Below, piece after piece: positions 32,773-42,103 of a DNA stretch of 47,329 nucleotides (position 1 is its first letter; every line of letters begins with the position of its first letter). The stretch is from a virus (Duplodnaviria > Caudoviricetes), in IMG/VR virus record IMGVR_UViG_3300031938_000007, positions 1-47,329 of that record; one strand, 5' to 3'. A program made the translations under genes and the position numbers. The notes beneath the pieces were generated by a model. It was not told where the DNA came from. It saw nothing but the letters and a program-made list of their open reading frames with translations, and made no database searches.

Positions 32773-35700
32773 TGCCTGGCGCAGACCAGACTGCCAATGT
32801 CGTCCTGACTGCTGACAACCGGCAGTACAACCGCTCGATGGACGAGTCGGCCAAGTCGACTGCCTCGCTGACCACCTCGGTGCTCGCGCTGTCCTCGGCG
32901 ATGAACACGCTGGCCCAGCGGACCGGCAAGAAGCTGCAGATCGTCTCCGCCGCCGGGATCGCCGGTCTGGCGGCCGCTACGGCCTCGGCGGCCAAGTTCG
33001 ACCAGCAGATGTCGACCATGCAGGCCAACGCCGTGCTGACCGGCCGCAAGGTCGACGACATGGCCAAGAACGTCAACGCCCTGCGTGGCTCGTTCGCGGT
33101 CACCACCGACCAGGCCATCGCGCTGCAGACCCAGCTGTCCAAGCTTGGTCAGGTCCGCGGCATCGACCAGATCAGCGCCTCGATGCTCAAGCTCTCCGCG
33201 GTCACCGGGGAGTCGCTGTCCGGGCTCACCGCGGGCATGATCGGCCTGCAGCGCCAGATGGGGACCCTGGGCGGGCAGTACACCGAGAAGTTCTCCTCCG
33301 CGCTCGCCAAGGTCAGTGCCAGCGCCGGTGTCAGCGCCCAGTCGGTGCTGGACTTCTCCAACGCCATCGCACCGGTGGCCAAGGTCGCGGGGATCTCCCA
33401 AAAAGAAGTGATGGGCTTCTCGACCGCCTTCGTGAAGGCCGGTCAGGACGGTGGCGCGGCCGCCACGGCGTTCAACAAGATGCTCACCGACATCACTCGG
33501 AGCATCCAGTACGGCTCCCCGGAGCTGAAGGCCTACTCCAACCTCATCGGGGTCAGCGTCTCGCAGTTCAAGCAGATGCCGCGCTCCGAGGCCGTCATCA
33601 AGATCTTCGACGCGATCAACAAGCAGGGCCCGGACGCGATCAAGACCCTGGAGCGCTTCGGTCTGGACGGCATCCGGACCTACAAGGCCCTGCAGGGCAT
33701 GGCCTCCCAGGGTGGGATCCAGTCCGCCATGGCCGACGTGGCCAAGGGGTACGAGAACACCAAGCCGTTCAACGACGCCGCCAAGACGGCGATGGACGGG
33801 CTCAACGACGAGCTGCAGAAGCTCGGCAACAACCTGTCCATGGTGGGCCAGGCCTTCGGCAAGGCCTTCGTCGGCCCCACCAAGGCCGTGGTCTCGGCGA
33901 TCAACTCGGTGGTCAAGCCGATCGCCGCGCTGCTGCAGTCGATGGGGTCGATCCCCGGCGTGGCAGCCCTGGCCGGGACCGCCATGGTCGGGGTGGCGGG
34001 CACCATCGTGCGCAGCCTGGGCCTGATGACTGGCATGGCTGCCTTCCGCCAGCTGCAGGGCGGCACCTTCAACGCCGGTCGCCGGATCGCTCGTGGCGAC
34101 GACCGTGGCTGGGCCAGCCGGGCCGCGGACAGCTACACCAGCGGCGAGGGCGGCATGTTCCAGCGCCGCCTGTTCGAGATCGGCATGTCCGCCGGGGCCG
34201 CCCAGAACCGGTTCCACGACTGGCGCAGCGCCCGGCGCAGCGGCGGCTCGGGCCAGGGCGGTCCCAACCCGCTGTCCCGGCTGGGTGCCCTGGGCGTGCA
34301 CGGTCTGGGCGCCTTCACCCGGATGCAGATGGAGCCCGTCTACTGGGGCAACGTCCGCAACCCGATGAACCGCAGCGCCACCTTCGAGTCCAAGACCTTC
34401 GGGGACTTCTTCGCCGCCCAGAAGAAGACCATCAGCGACAGCTTCTCCGGGATCAAGGACGCCCTGAGCGGCAAGAACAACGCCGCCACCGCGGCGGCCG
34501 CCAAGAACGCCGCCAACGGGCTGAACAACGTCGGGCGGGAGAGCGCCCGGCAGGCCGGGTTCTTCAAGACCCTGGGCAAGGAGACCCTGTCGCTGAGCGT
34601 GGCGATGGGCAAGGCCGCGGCAGGCTCCATGCTGATGGTCGGCGGCGGTGCGGCCCGAGGCCTGGCCAAGGCAGCCCCGGGCATAGCAGGCCTGGCCGGG
34701 ACCGCCCTGAAGGGCATCGGCGGGGCTGCGATGGGCTTCCTGGGCGGTCCGGTGGGCTTGGCCCTGACCGCTGGGGCTATTGGCTTCTCGGCCTACCAGA
34801 GCCACAAGGACAACATGTCCAAGGACCTGGCCGCGGCTGATGACGCCGATGCCACCCAGGCCGCCGGTGGGGCCTACCGGGTGGCCCTGGGCGAGGCAGC
34901 GCGGGCCACCACGACCTTCGCCGACATCGTCAAGCGCAACGCCTCGGACATGAGCCCCAAGGAGAAGCCTGGGGTTGTCTCCGACGCGATGGCCAAGGAG
35001 GCCGCCAAGCCCGGCCACGCCTACACCGACCCGCGCATCGGAAAGATGACCGAGGCGGAGGCCACCACCTACGCCAAGAGCGCCAGCCTGTCCGACCAGG
35101 GCAAGATCCTGCTCGGCTATGACCTGACCAAGCGGTTCGGCCAGAAGACCGCCCAGCAGATCCTCAACGCCCAGTCCTCGATGAGCGGGGCGCTGGACAC
35201 CCGGGACCTGTTCAACAACACCCTGGGTGACCGCAGCGGGTTCGGCCCCTGGCGGCACTCCTCGGACGATGCCCGCAACGCCTCCAAGCTGGCGGCCGCC
35301 ACCGGCCAGGCCAACCTGGCCGACATCAACTCCAAGTACGGCTCGGCTGCCGGGGCGCAGTACACCATCGCCACCCTCAACGGAGCCTCCCGCTCGCGGA
35401 TGAGGGGTGGCAACACCGAGCTCATCCTGTCCTCGATCGCCGCTCAGCTGGGCATCGACGCCAAGGACAAGAACGTCCAGCGGGACTTCACCAACCTGTT
35501 CGCGCCCTCGATCGACAACGGGGTGGTCAGCAACGCCACCTTCAAGACCGCGCTGGACCGGTACAAGGCCGACCCGAGGATGTACTCCTCGGCACTGGGT
35601 CAGCAGATCCAGGCGCTGGCCTCCACCGCGGGCGCCGGGGCCAACTACACCTCCTCGGTCTTCAACCCGACCACCTCGGCCACGGTGACCCGCAACCCCT

Positions 35701-38609
35701 TCGACCAGGTCGGGGACTACTCGCTCAAGCAGCTGCGGTACTCCCAGTTCGGGGCCCGGGTCTTCGGCGGCGACCAGACCCGGGTGGGCCTGGACGTCAA
35801 CGAGGCCATTGGCAACCAGGGCAACGCCAACATGCAGCAGATCGCCATGAAGGAGCTGGCCGCTTCGGCCATGGCGACCTCCAAGGGGTTCTCCGGCGCG
35901 GTCAGCTCGCTGCAGGACTTCAAGGCCGCGGTCGGCGACGTCAACGACCCGCTCTACCAGCTGGCCGCCAACGCCCAGGCCGTGGTCATGCAGCGCCAGA
36001 GCGAGGCGATGCACTACATGTCCCGCGGCGAGCAGGCGGGACAGCTGGTCGGCAACTTCAGGGCCGCCCAGCGCAACGCTGCGGCCCACCCGGACTCCCC
36101 CGAGGCCGAGACCGAGCTGGAGCAGTCCCGCCAGCAGATGGAGGGCGCCAAGGCCGGGGCGTACGACTTCTTCAAGCAGATCGTCGCCCAGCAGCGCGAG
36201 TTCGAGATCTCCACCGAGCGGGCGCAGACCGACTTCGCCATCCAGCGTGGGCGCCAGGAGTTCGAGTACAACCTGTCCCGCAAGCGGGCCCAGGAGGACT
36301 TCGACAAGCAGCGCAACCGGTCCCAGGCCTCCTTCGACCGGCAGATCGGTCGCAGCCAGCGTGACTACAACAAGCAGCGCGGCTACGCCCTGGCGGACTT
36401 CAACAAGCAGCGGGCCCGCTCCGAGGAGGACTACCAGCACCAGGTGATGCTGCTGCAGTCCCAGGCGGCCCGGCAGCTGTACGACATCTACGACCGGATC
36501 CAGGTCAAGCGCTCCTGGGACGCCAGCAACCTGTTGGTCAACGCCAACGACCAGCTCCAGCAGCTGCAGCAGCAGGCCACCAACCTGACCACGGCCAGGG
36601 GCATGGGCGTGTCCAGTGACGTGATCAAGCTGCTGGGCCTGAACGAGACCGAGAACGCCCAGCAGCTGGCCCGCTTCATCGCCGACTTGCAGAGCGACCC
36701 CGCGCTGGTCAAGGCCTACAACGACATGGCCACGGCGCGGCTCAAGGCGTCCAAGAAGATCGTCACCGACAAGGACAACGAGCAGTGGTCCGAGATGGAG
36801 CGGTCCTTCAAGCTCAACGCCGACCGCGCCCTGACGGACTTCAACCAGTCGATGGGCCGCCAGGCCGAGGCCTTCGCCACCTCGCTGAAGGACATGCGCA
36901 CGGAGAACCGGATCCAGGTCTCCCAGGCCGAGGCGGACTTCTCCCAGGCCCGGCAGCGCCAGGCCGACGACTACGCCCGCTCGGTGGCCAACATGGTCAC
37001 CGACTTCAACCGGCAGATGATCCGCGCCCGCGACGACCTGTCCCGCTCGGCCGAGGAGATCACCGGCACCTTCGACGACCTGGTCGCCAAGGCGATCGGG
37101 TCGCTGACCGGTACCGCGGCCAAGCAGGCCCAGGCGCTGTACAACCAGTTCAAGGGCACCTCCAAGCAGGTCAAGGACGAGGCCAAGACGCTGGCCACCG
37201 ACGTGGCCCACCTGTTCTCCCAGATGGGCCTGAAGATGGGCACCACCTCCGGCGGGGTGGCGATGTCCTCCGGTGGTGGCGCCAACATGGGCGGCGGGAC
37301 GACCAAGTACGCCGACGGGGGGCACGTCCAGGGCTGGTCCCCGAACAAGCGCGCCGACAACATCAACGCCCGGCTCACCGCCGGTGAGTACGTGCACAAC
37401 GTGGACGCCGTGAACTACTACGGCAAGGGCTTCATGGACGCGCTGAACAAGCGCCAGATCCCCAAGGGCGAGATGGCCTTCGCCTCCGGTGGCCTGGTGC
37501 CGTTCGGTCGCTGGCTGCAGTCCAAGGACTACAACGTCTCCGAGCACCCGCTGTTCGGTGGGGTCCACCCGGTGCACGCCAAGAACTCCTGGCACTACAA
37601 GGCTGGCGCGATCGACGTCAACCACGACCAGAGCGACGAGAAGAACGCGATCAATAAGGTCATCAACGTCGCTCGCCAGTACGGCCTGCGGGTGATCTGG
37701 CAGGTCGCCGACCACTTCAACCACGCCCACTTCGACATCGGTGGCGGTCCGGACATGATCGGCCCCGGGGTTCCCCGCGGGGTGCGCAACTCCTCGGGTC
37801 AGTACAACCTGCTGGACCAGATCGCCAAGCTCAACGGTGTCCGCAAGTGGGAGAAGACCCGGGCCGCCGAGCGGCTGTTGGCCCAGACCATCCCGGCGGG
37901 CTTCCTGGCCAAGGTGATCTCCGAGAACGCCGACTTCGGCGGCAGCGGTGACCTGTCCATGCCCACGCCCAGCCGAGGCACTCCGGCGCGCAACGCGATG
38001 CTGGGCCGGGGGATGGCGGCCGCCCGCGGCTGGACCGGCCCCAACTGGGACGCGCTGAACTGGATCTACATGCACGAGTCCGGCTGGAACCAGTACGCCA
38101 AGAACCCCAGCAGCGACGCCTACGGCATTCCGCAGGCGCTGCCCGGCTCCAAGATGGCCAGCGCCGGAGCGGACTGGCGGACCAACGCGGCCACCCAGAT
38201 CAAGTGGGGCCTGGGCTACATCGCCGAGCGCTACGGCACCCCGACCAAGGCCCAGCAGTTCTGGAAGGCGCACAACTGGTACGGCGACGGCGGTCTGTTC
38301 AGCGGTGGCGCGCAGAAGGTTACCGGGTTGGGCGAGCGTGGTCCGGAGATGGTGCTGCCACTGAACCAGCGCGGCGTGGACTACCTGCTGGCGGTGATGA
38401 AGCAGTACTCCGCTGCCGATGCCCGCCGGGCCGTGGGCGCGGCACGCGGGGTGCCTGCCGCGGCGTCCACCTACATCACCAACTCGCACGTGGACCGGTC
38501 CACCAAGATCAGCGGTCCGATCACCGTGCAGGCGCAGGACCCCAACGAGATGCTGCGCAAGCTTGAGGCCAAGAAGCGCCTGGATGCCCTGACGGGAGCA
38601 CGTCGATGA
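32772..38609 (+). CDS. Tape measure protein with C-terminal cell-wall hydrolase domains
   Basis: 1945 aa, Ala/Gly helical, 11-residue-like D(F/Y) periodic region; HAKNSWHY..GAIDV...DHFNHAH (M15-like Zn peptidase) and HESGWN..AKNPSS.AYGIPQALPG (lytic transglycosylase). Confidence 0.92.
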   Translation: MPGADQTANVVLTADNRQYNRSMDESAKSTASLTTSVLALSSAMNTLAQRTGKKLQIVSAAGIAGLAAATASAAKFDQQMSTMQANAVLTGRKVDDMAKNVNALRGSFAVTTDQAIALQTQLSKLGQVRGIDQISASMLKLSAVTGESLSGLTAGMIGLQRQMGTLGGQYTEKFSSALAKVSASAGVSAQSVLDFSNAIAPVAKVAGISQKEVMGFSTAFVKAGQDGGAAATAFNKMLTDITRSIQYGSPELKAYSNLIGVSVSQFKQMPRSEAVIKIFDAINKQGPDAIKTLERFGLDGIRTYKALQGMASQGGIQSAMADVAKGYENTKPFNDAAKTAMDGLNDELQKLGNNLSMVGQAFGKAFVGPTKAVVSAINSVVKPIAALLQSMGSIPGVAALAGTAMVGVAGTIVRSLGLMTGMAAFRQLQGGTFNAGRRIARGDDRGWASRAADSYTSGEGGMFQRRLFEIGMSAGAAQNRFHDWRSARRSGGSGQGGPNPLSRLGALGVHGLGAFTRMQMEPVYWGNVRNPMNRSATFESKTFGDFFAAQKKTISDSFSGIKDALSGKNNAATAAAAKNAANGLNNVGRESARQAGFFKTLGKETLSLSVAMGKAAAGSMLMVGGGAARGLAKAAPGIAGLAGTALKGIGGAAMGFLGGPVGLALTAGAIGFSAYQSHKDNMSKDLAAADDADATQAAGGAYRVALGEAARATTTFADIVKRNASDMSPKEKPGVVSDAMAKEAAKPGHAYTDPRIGKMTEAEATTYAKSASLSDQGKILLGYDLTKRFGQKTAQQILNAQSSMSGALDTRDLFNNTLGDRSGFGPWRHSSDDARNASKLAAATGQANLADINSKYGSAAGAQYTIATLNGASRSRMRGGNTELILSSIAAQLGIDAKDKNVQRDFTNLFAPSIDNGVVSNATFKTALDRYKADPRMYSSALGQQIQALASTAGAGANYTSSVFNPTTSATVTRNPFDQVGDYSLKQLRYSQFGARVFGGDQTRVGLDVNEAIGNQGNANMQQIAMKELAASAMATSKGFSGAVSSLQDFKAAVGDVNDPLYQLAANAQAVVMQRQSEAMHYMSRGEQAGQLVGNFRAAQRNAAAHPDSPEAETELEQSRQQMEGAKAGAYDFFKQIVAQQREFEISTERAQTDFAIQRGRQEFEYNLSRKRAQEDFDKQRNRSQASFDRQIGRSQRDYNKQRGYALADFNKQRARSEEDYQHQVMLLQSQAARQLYDIYDRIQVKRSWDASNLLVNANDQLQQLQQQATNLTTARGMGVSSDVIKLLGLNETENAQQLARFIADLQSDPALVKAYNDMATARLKASKKIVTDKDNEQWSEMERSFKLNADRALTDFNQSMGRQAEAFATSLKDMRTENRIQVSQAEADFSQARQRQADDYARSVANMVTDFNRQMIRARDDLSRSAEEITGTFDDLVAKAIGSLTGTAAKQAQALYNQFKGTSKQVKDEAKTLATDVAHLFSQMGLKMGTTSGGVAMSSGGGANMGGGTTKYADGGHVQGWSPNKRADNINARLTAGEYVHNVDAVNYYGKGFMDALNKRQIPKGEMAFASGGLVPFGRWLQSKDYNVSEHPLFGGVHPVHAKNSWHYKAGAIDVNHDQSDEKNAINKVINVARQYGLRVIWQVADHFNHAHFDIGGGPDMIGPGVPRGVRNSSGQYNLLDQIAKLNGVRKWEKTRAAERLLAQTIPAGFLAKVISENADFGGSGDLSMPTPSRGTPARNAMLGRGMAAARGWTGPNWDALNWIYMHESGWNQYAKNPSSDAYGIPQALPGSKMASAGADWRTNAATQIKWGLGYIAERYGTPTKAQQFWKAHNWYGDGGLFSGGAQKVTGLGERGPEMVLPLNQRGVDYLLAVMKQYSAADARRAVGAARGVPAAASTYITNSHVDRSTKISGPITVQAQDPNEMLRKLEAKKRLDALTGARR

Positions 38610-39094
38610 GCACTGCCGAGTACCAGAACGGCGCCCTGATCGGGGTCAACGACAACCGGCTGCGCAGCTTCAACCTGGAGATTTCCTACCAGGACCAGTG
38701 GGTCTCGTTGAACGACCACGCCCGGTACGTGGTCACCTCCGAGGGGCTGGGCAACTCCCAGACCACCCGCAAGCGCGAGACCGTCACCAGCCCGTTCTAC
38801 GACGGCGAGTACGAGGTCCACAGCGTCAAGGAGAACGTCAAGGAGACCATCGGGGTCTACGTGCTGGGCCAGTCCCAGTCGATGCTCACCGAGAACATCC
38901 TGCTGCTGGTGGACGCCTTCGAGCAGAGTGTCTACAACCTGCGGCTGACCCTGGACGAGCACCGCGAGGTGTGGATCTGCAACAGCGCCGACTACTCCAT
39001 CGACCGCTCCCAGGTGAACGCCCACAACTGCCGGGCCACGATGAGCTTCGAGGTGCCACGTCTGCCTGCGGTCAGCTACGAAGTGATCTTCTAG
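38606..39094 (+). CDS. Distal tail (Dit)-like minor tail protein
   Basis: First gene after the tape measure; 162 aa, beta-rich. Confidence 0.6.
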   Translation: MSTAEYQNGALIGVNDNRLRSFNLEISYQDQWVSLNDHARYVVTSEGLGNSQTTRKRETVTSPFYDGEYEVHSVKENVKETIGVYVLGQSQSMLTENILLLVDAFEQSVYNLRLTLDEHREVWICNSADYSIDRSQVNAHNCRATMSFEVPRLPAVSYEVIF

Positions 39095-39522
39095 TGGCGG
39101 GGTTCATCACCAGCGACGGCGCGGTGTACCTGGCCCGGCTGGCTACCCAGCGGGTGCTCCCTCCGGCCCAGTACTGGCTCACCTTGACCCGCAGCGTCCC
39201 GGCGCCGTTCCTGTCCACCGAGGAGCTCGACGAGATCGACGCCCCGGACTACGCCCGGGCCCCGATCGCGGCAGACGGACTGTCCTGGGCCGCCTCGGGA
39301 ACCACGGTGGCCAACACCGTGGAGGTCCTGTGGGGCGTCCCTGGGGCCGACTGGGGCGATGTCCAGGGCTGGGCCCTCCTGGACTCCCCGCAGGGCGGCA
39401 GCGTGCTGTACGGGGGCGATCTGGGCATCACCTGGACCATCGGTGCCGGAATGCAGCCGGTGATGGCCCCCGGACAGCTCAACCTGTCCATCACGGTCTC
39501 CTCCTGGGCGCTGGAGATCTGA
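39094..39522 (+). CDS. Minor tail protein (paralog 1)
   Basis: GTG overlapping TAG; YWL.L....P......EI..PDYAR...W...N..V.W....DWG.V.GWALLDSP.GG.VL. Confidence 0.7.
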   Translation: MAGFITSDGAVYLARLATQRVLPPAQYWLTLTRSVPAPFLSTEELDEIDAPDYARAPIAADGLSWAASGTTVANTVEVLWGVPGADWGDVQGWALLDSPQGGSVLYGGDLGITWTIGAGMQPVMAPGQLNLSITVSSWALEI

Positions 39523-39977
39523 TGACCTACACCCCACCCACCCTGGACACCTTCGGCTACCTGACCGAGGACGGCGCCAACTACCTACTGGGCATCATGG
39601 TGGGCAACGAGTCCTGTGTGGACCGGTACTACCTGGCCCTGAGCGCGGTGGTGCCCACCGTGCACAACAGCGCCGAGGACCTGGAGGAGCCGCAGGCCGC
39701 CGACTACGCCCGGCTGCCCGGCACCGCGGCGATCGACTGGATGGCCTACGGCGGAGCGGTGTTCAACGACGTCGACCTGACCTTCACCGCCACCAGCGAC
39801 TGGGGCCAGGTGCGCGGCTGGGCGCTGCTGGACTCCCCGGCCGGTGGGCGGGTGCTGTTCGCTGGGTTCTTCGCCGAGCCCGTCGAGCTGGTGGCCGGAG
39901 CGGTGACCTACCCGCGTGGCTCCCTGGCGGTGGCCATGTCGGTGATGGACTGGGCCATCTCGCCGGAGGGCACCTGA
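39522..39977 (+). CDS. Minor tail protein (paralog 2)
   Basis: YYLAL....P......E...ADYAR...W...N...F.ATSDWGQVRGWALLDSPAGGRVL. Confidence 0.7.
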   Translation: MTYTPPTLDTFGYLTEDGANYLLGIMVGNESCVDRYYLALSAVVPTVHNSAEDLEEPQAADYARLPGTAAIDWMAYGGAVFNDVDLTFTATSDWGQVRGWALLDSPAGGRVLFAGFFAEPVELVAGAVTYPRGSLAVAMSVMDWAISPEGT

Positions 39978-42103
39978 TGCAGCTGCTGACCACCGCGCTC
40001 CTGCTGGACCGGATTCCGTACGGGACCATCGGCAACCCGAACATGTCCCCGGCCTGTGCGGCCCTGGACGACGGCACCTTCCTGCTGGCCTCCTCGATCC
40101 GCTCCAGCGCCTCCGGCGAGCGGGTCCAGGTCTGGCACCTGGGCGCCGACGGCACCGTGCTGGGCACCTACTCCTACGCCGGGTCGGACGTGGGCAAGGA
40201 CCCGGCCCTGGTGGCCACCAAGAACGCCCACGCCCTGCTGGTGGTCACCGAGGGCACCACCAGCACGCTGATCACCCTGGACGCCTCGGGGCCCACCCCG
40301 GTGGAGGCCTCGGTCCAGCTCAGCACCTGGGAGCAGGACTTCACCAACACCCTGATCCCCAGCTGGGGCTTCTACCTGCCCGACACCGACCAGGTGGTGC
40401 TGGGTGGCTACAACGGGGTGGGGCTGTACACCGCCGGGGCGCACACCGACCACTACCAGCCGACCACCTACAGCTGGGAGGTCAACGGCTGGTGGCGCAA
40501 CCCCAGCGACCCGACCAAGTTCGCGGTGCTGGGTCGCTCCAACGGGGTGCGCAGCGGCATCGAGTTCACCGTCGGGCCGGACTCGCTGACCTTCGTGACC
40601 AAGCCGGAGTGGACCGCCGTCGAGCGCTACTGGCTCTTCGGTGCCGGGGACCCCTACTCGGCCACCCCGGTCAACTACGAGGCCAACCCGCTGACCCCGC
40701 GCCCCGACGGCTGGCAGCTGCTGGACCCCAACGGCACCCAGCTGGCGGTCATCGCCCCCAACGACAACGGCAGCTACCAGAACGTCAGCGGCCCGACCTA
40801 CCCGGTGGCCCCCGGCATCCAGGCCGCGGTCTACGAGTACGACCTGTACTACGGGGACCAGAACACCGAGAAGTGGTCCCCGGCGATCGCCCTGATCGAC
40901 TCCACGGTCTCCCCGCCCACCCGCGATGAGCTGGTGCTGGACTGGTGGGAAGGGGCGATCTCGGTCAACTACGGCTCGTGGACCGCCGACGTGCACAACG
41001 GGGTCATGATCCTGGCCGGGACCAACGTCAACCGGCCGACCACCAGCCCCCAGGAGTTCTCCCTGGGCTTCTGGCTGATCCAGGTCGGCACCTCGGTGGC
41101 GCCCGAGGCGGCCGCCTTCTCCACCGGCAACACCTCCACCGCCAGCGGACGGCTGCAGCTGCGCCAGGCCATCGCCGCGCCGATCGAGAGCGTGCTGAAC
41201 GAGACCCCGGGCAAGATCGGCATCGTCATCCCCGACCCCACTCCGGAGACGCTGTTCTCGGTCTATCCGGGGGAGAACCAGCCGATGCGGCTGCCCAGCA
41301 CCGGGCGGGCCAGCAACTACGGGATCTCGCTGGACCCCGGTCTGGTGCAGACGCTCAACGGGTTCCCGCGCCAGCCTGCCCTGTCGGTGGTGGCGGACAC
41401 GCTGTGCTCGACCAGCGGGGAGTTTCTGACCACCGGACGAGACCTGCCCGAGGCGGTCGACATGGGCACCCAGGTGCGCTTCCTGCCCAGCGAGATGAAC
41501 GGCACCTCACTGGGGGCCCACACCGGCTCGCTGTACCCCTGGTCGCTGCAGGCCAGCGGACCGGTGGAGAAGCTCACCGCCAGCTACCGCCGGGTCAAGG
41601 AGATCTTCTCCTTCAGCGCGGTCTCGCTGGATCCCGGCGGCGTGCTGGCCGGGGACTTCGGCTACGGGGACACCACCGCGATGACCGTCTCCGGGGTGTT
41701 CCTGCTGCGCACCCCGCTGGGCTACCAGCTGCTCTCGGGTGGGGACGATGACTTCGCGCTCACCGCCACGCCGTACTGGACCGGACGCAACGCCGAGGTG
41801 ACCCGGGTCTCCCAGCTGTCCATCGCGGCTGCGGCGGTGACCCCGCTGTTCATCACCGCGGTGTTCGCCCCACCCCTGGTGACCTACTACATCTCCACCG
41901 GGCCGGGAGCCACCAACTCCTTCACGGTGCGCTCGGCCACCGCCAGCGTCATCCCGGCCACCGTCAAGGTGGGCGGCCCGATTGCCAACGCCGAGATGCT
42001 GGAGCTGAACATCGACCTGTATGCCCGGACCTCGGCCCAGGTTGAGCAACTCAATGCACAGTACGGATCGATCTACGGGTATGCGATGACATGGGCGAGC
42101 TGA
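39977..42103 (+). CDS. Minor tail protein, possible receptor-binding protein
   Basis: 708 aa, beta-rich and acidic, within the tail module. Confidence 0.65.
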   Translation: MQLLTTALLLDRIPYGTIGNPNMSPACAALDDGTFLLASSIRSSASGERVQVWHLGADGTVLGTYSYAGSDVGKDPALVATKNAHALLVVTEGTTSTLITLDASGPTPVEASVQLSTWEQDFTNTLIPSWGFYLPDTDQVVLGGYNGVGLYTAGAHTDHYQPTTYSWEVNGWWRNPSDPTKFAVLGRSNGVRSGIEFTVGPDSLTFVTKPEWTAVERYWLFGAGDPYSATPVNYEANPLTPRPDGWQLLDPNGTQLAVIAPNDNGSYQNVSGPTYPVAPGIQAAVYEYDLYYGDQNTEKWSPAIALIDSTVSPPTRDELVLDWWEGAISVNYGSWTADVHNGVMILAGTNVNRPTTSPQEFSLGFWLIQVGTSVAPEAAAFSTGNTSTASGRLQLRQAIAAPIESVLNETPGKIGIVIPDPTPETLFSVYPGENQPMRLPSTGRASNYGISLDPGLVQTLNGFPRQPALSVVADTLCSTSGEFLTTGRDLPEAVDMGTQVRFLPSEMNGTSLGAHTGSLYPWSLQASGPVEKLTASYRRVKEIFSFSAVSLDPGGVLAGDFGYGDTTAMTVSGVFLLRTPLGYQLLSGGDDDFALTATPYWTGRNAEVTRVSQLSIAAAAVTPLFITAVFAPPLVTYYISTGPGATNSFTVRSATASVIPATVKVGGPIANAEMLELNIDLYARTSAQVEQLNAQYGSIYGYAMTWAS

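Noticed and set aside
36230-37060. Periodic GACTTC/GACTAC-containing repeats
   Set aside because: Protein-level periodicity of the tape measure helix, not a DNA repeat element.
32769-38489. 1906-aa antisense ORF opposite the tape measure
   Set aside because: Shadow ORF of high-GC3 coding (rich in V, G, L, H, no motifs), exactly mirroring the real gene. Unlike the intein HNH it has no recognisable domain.
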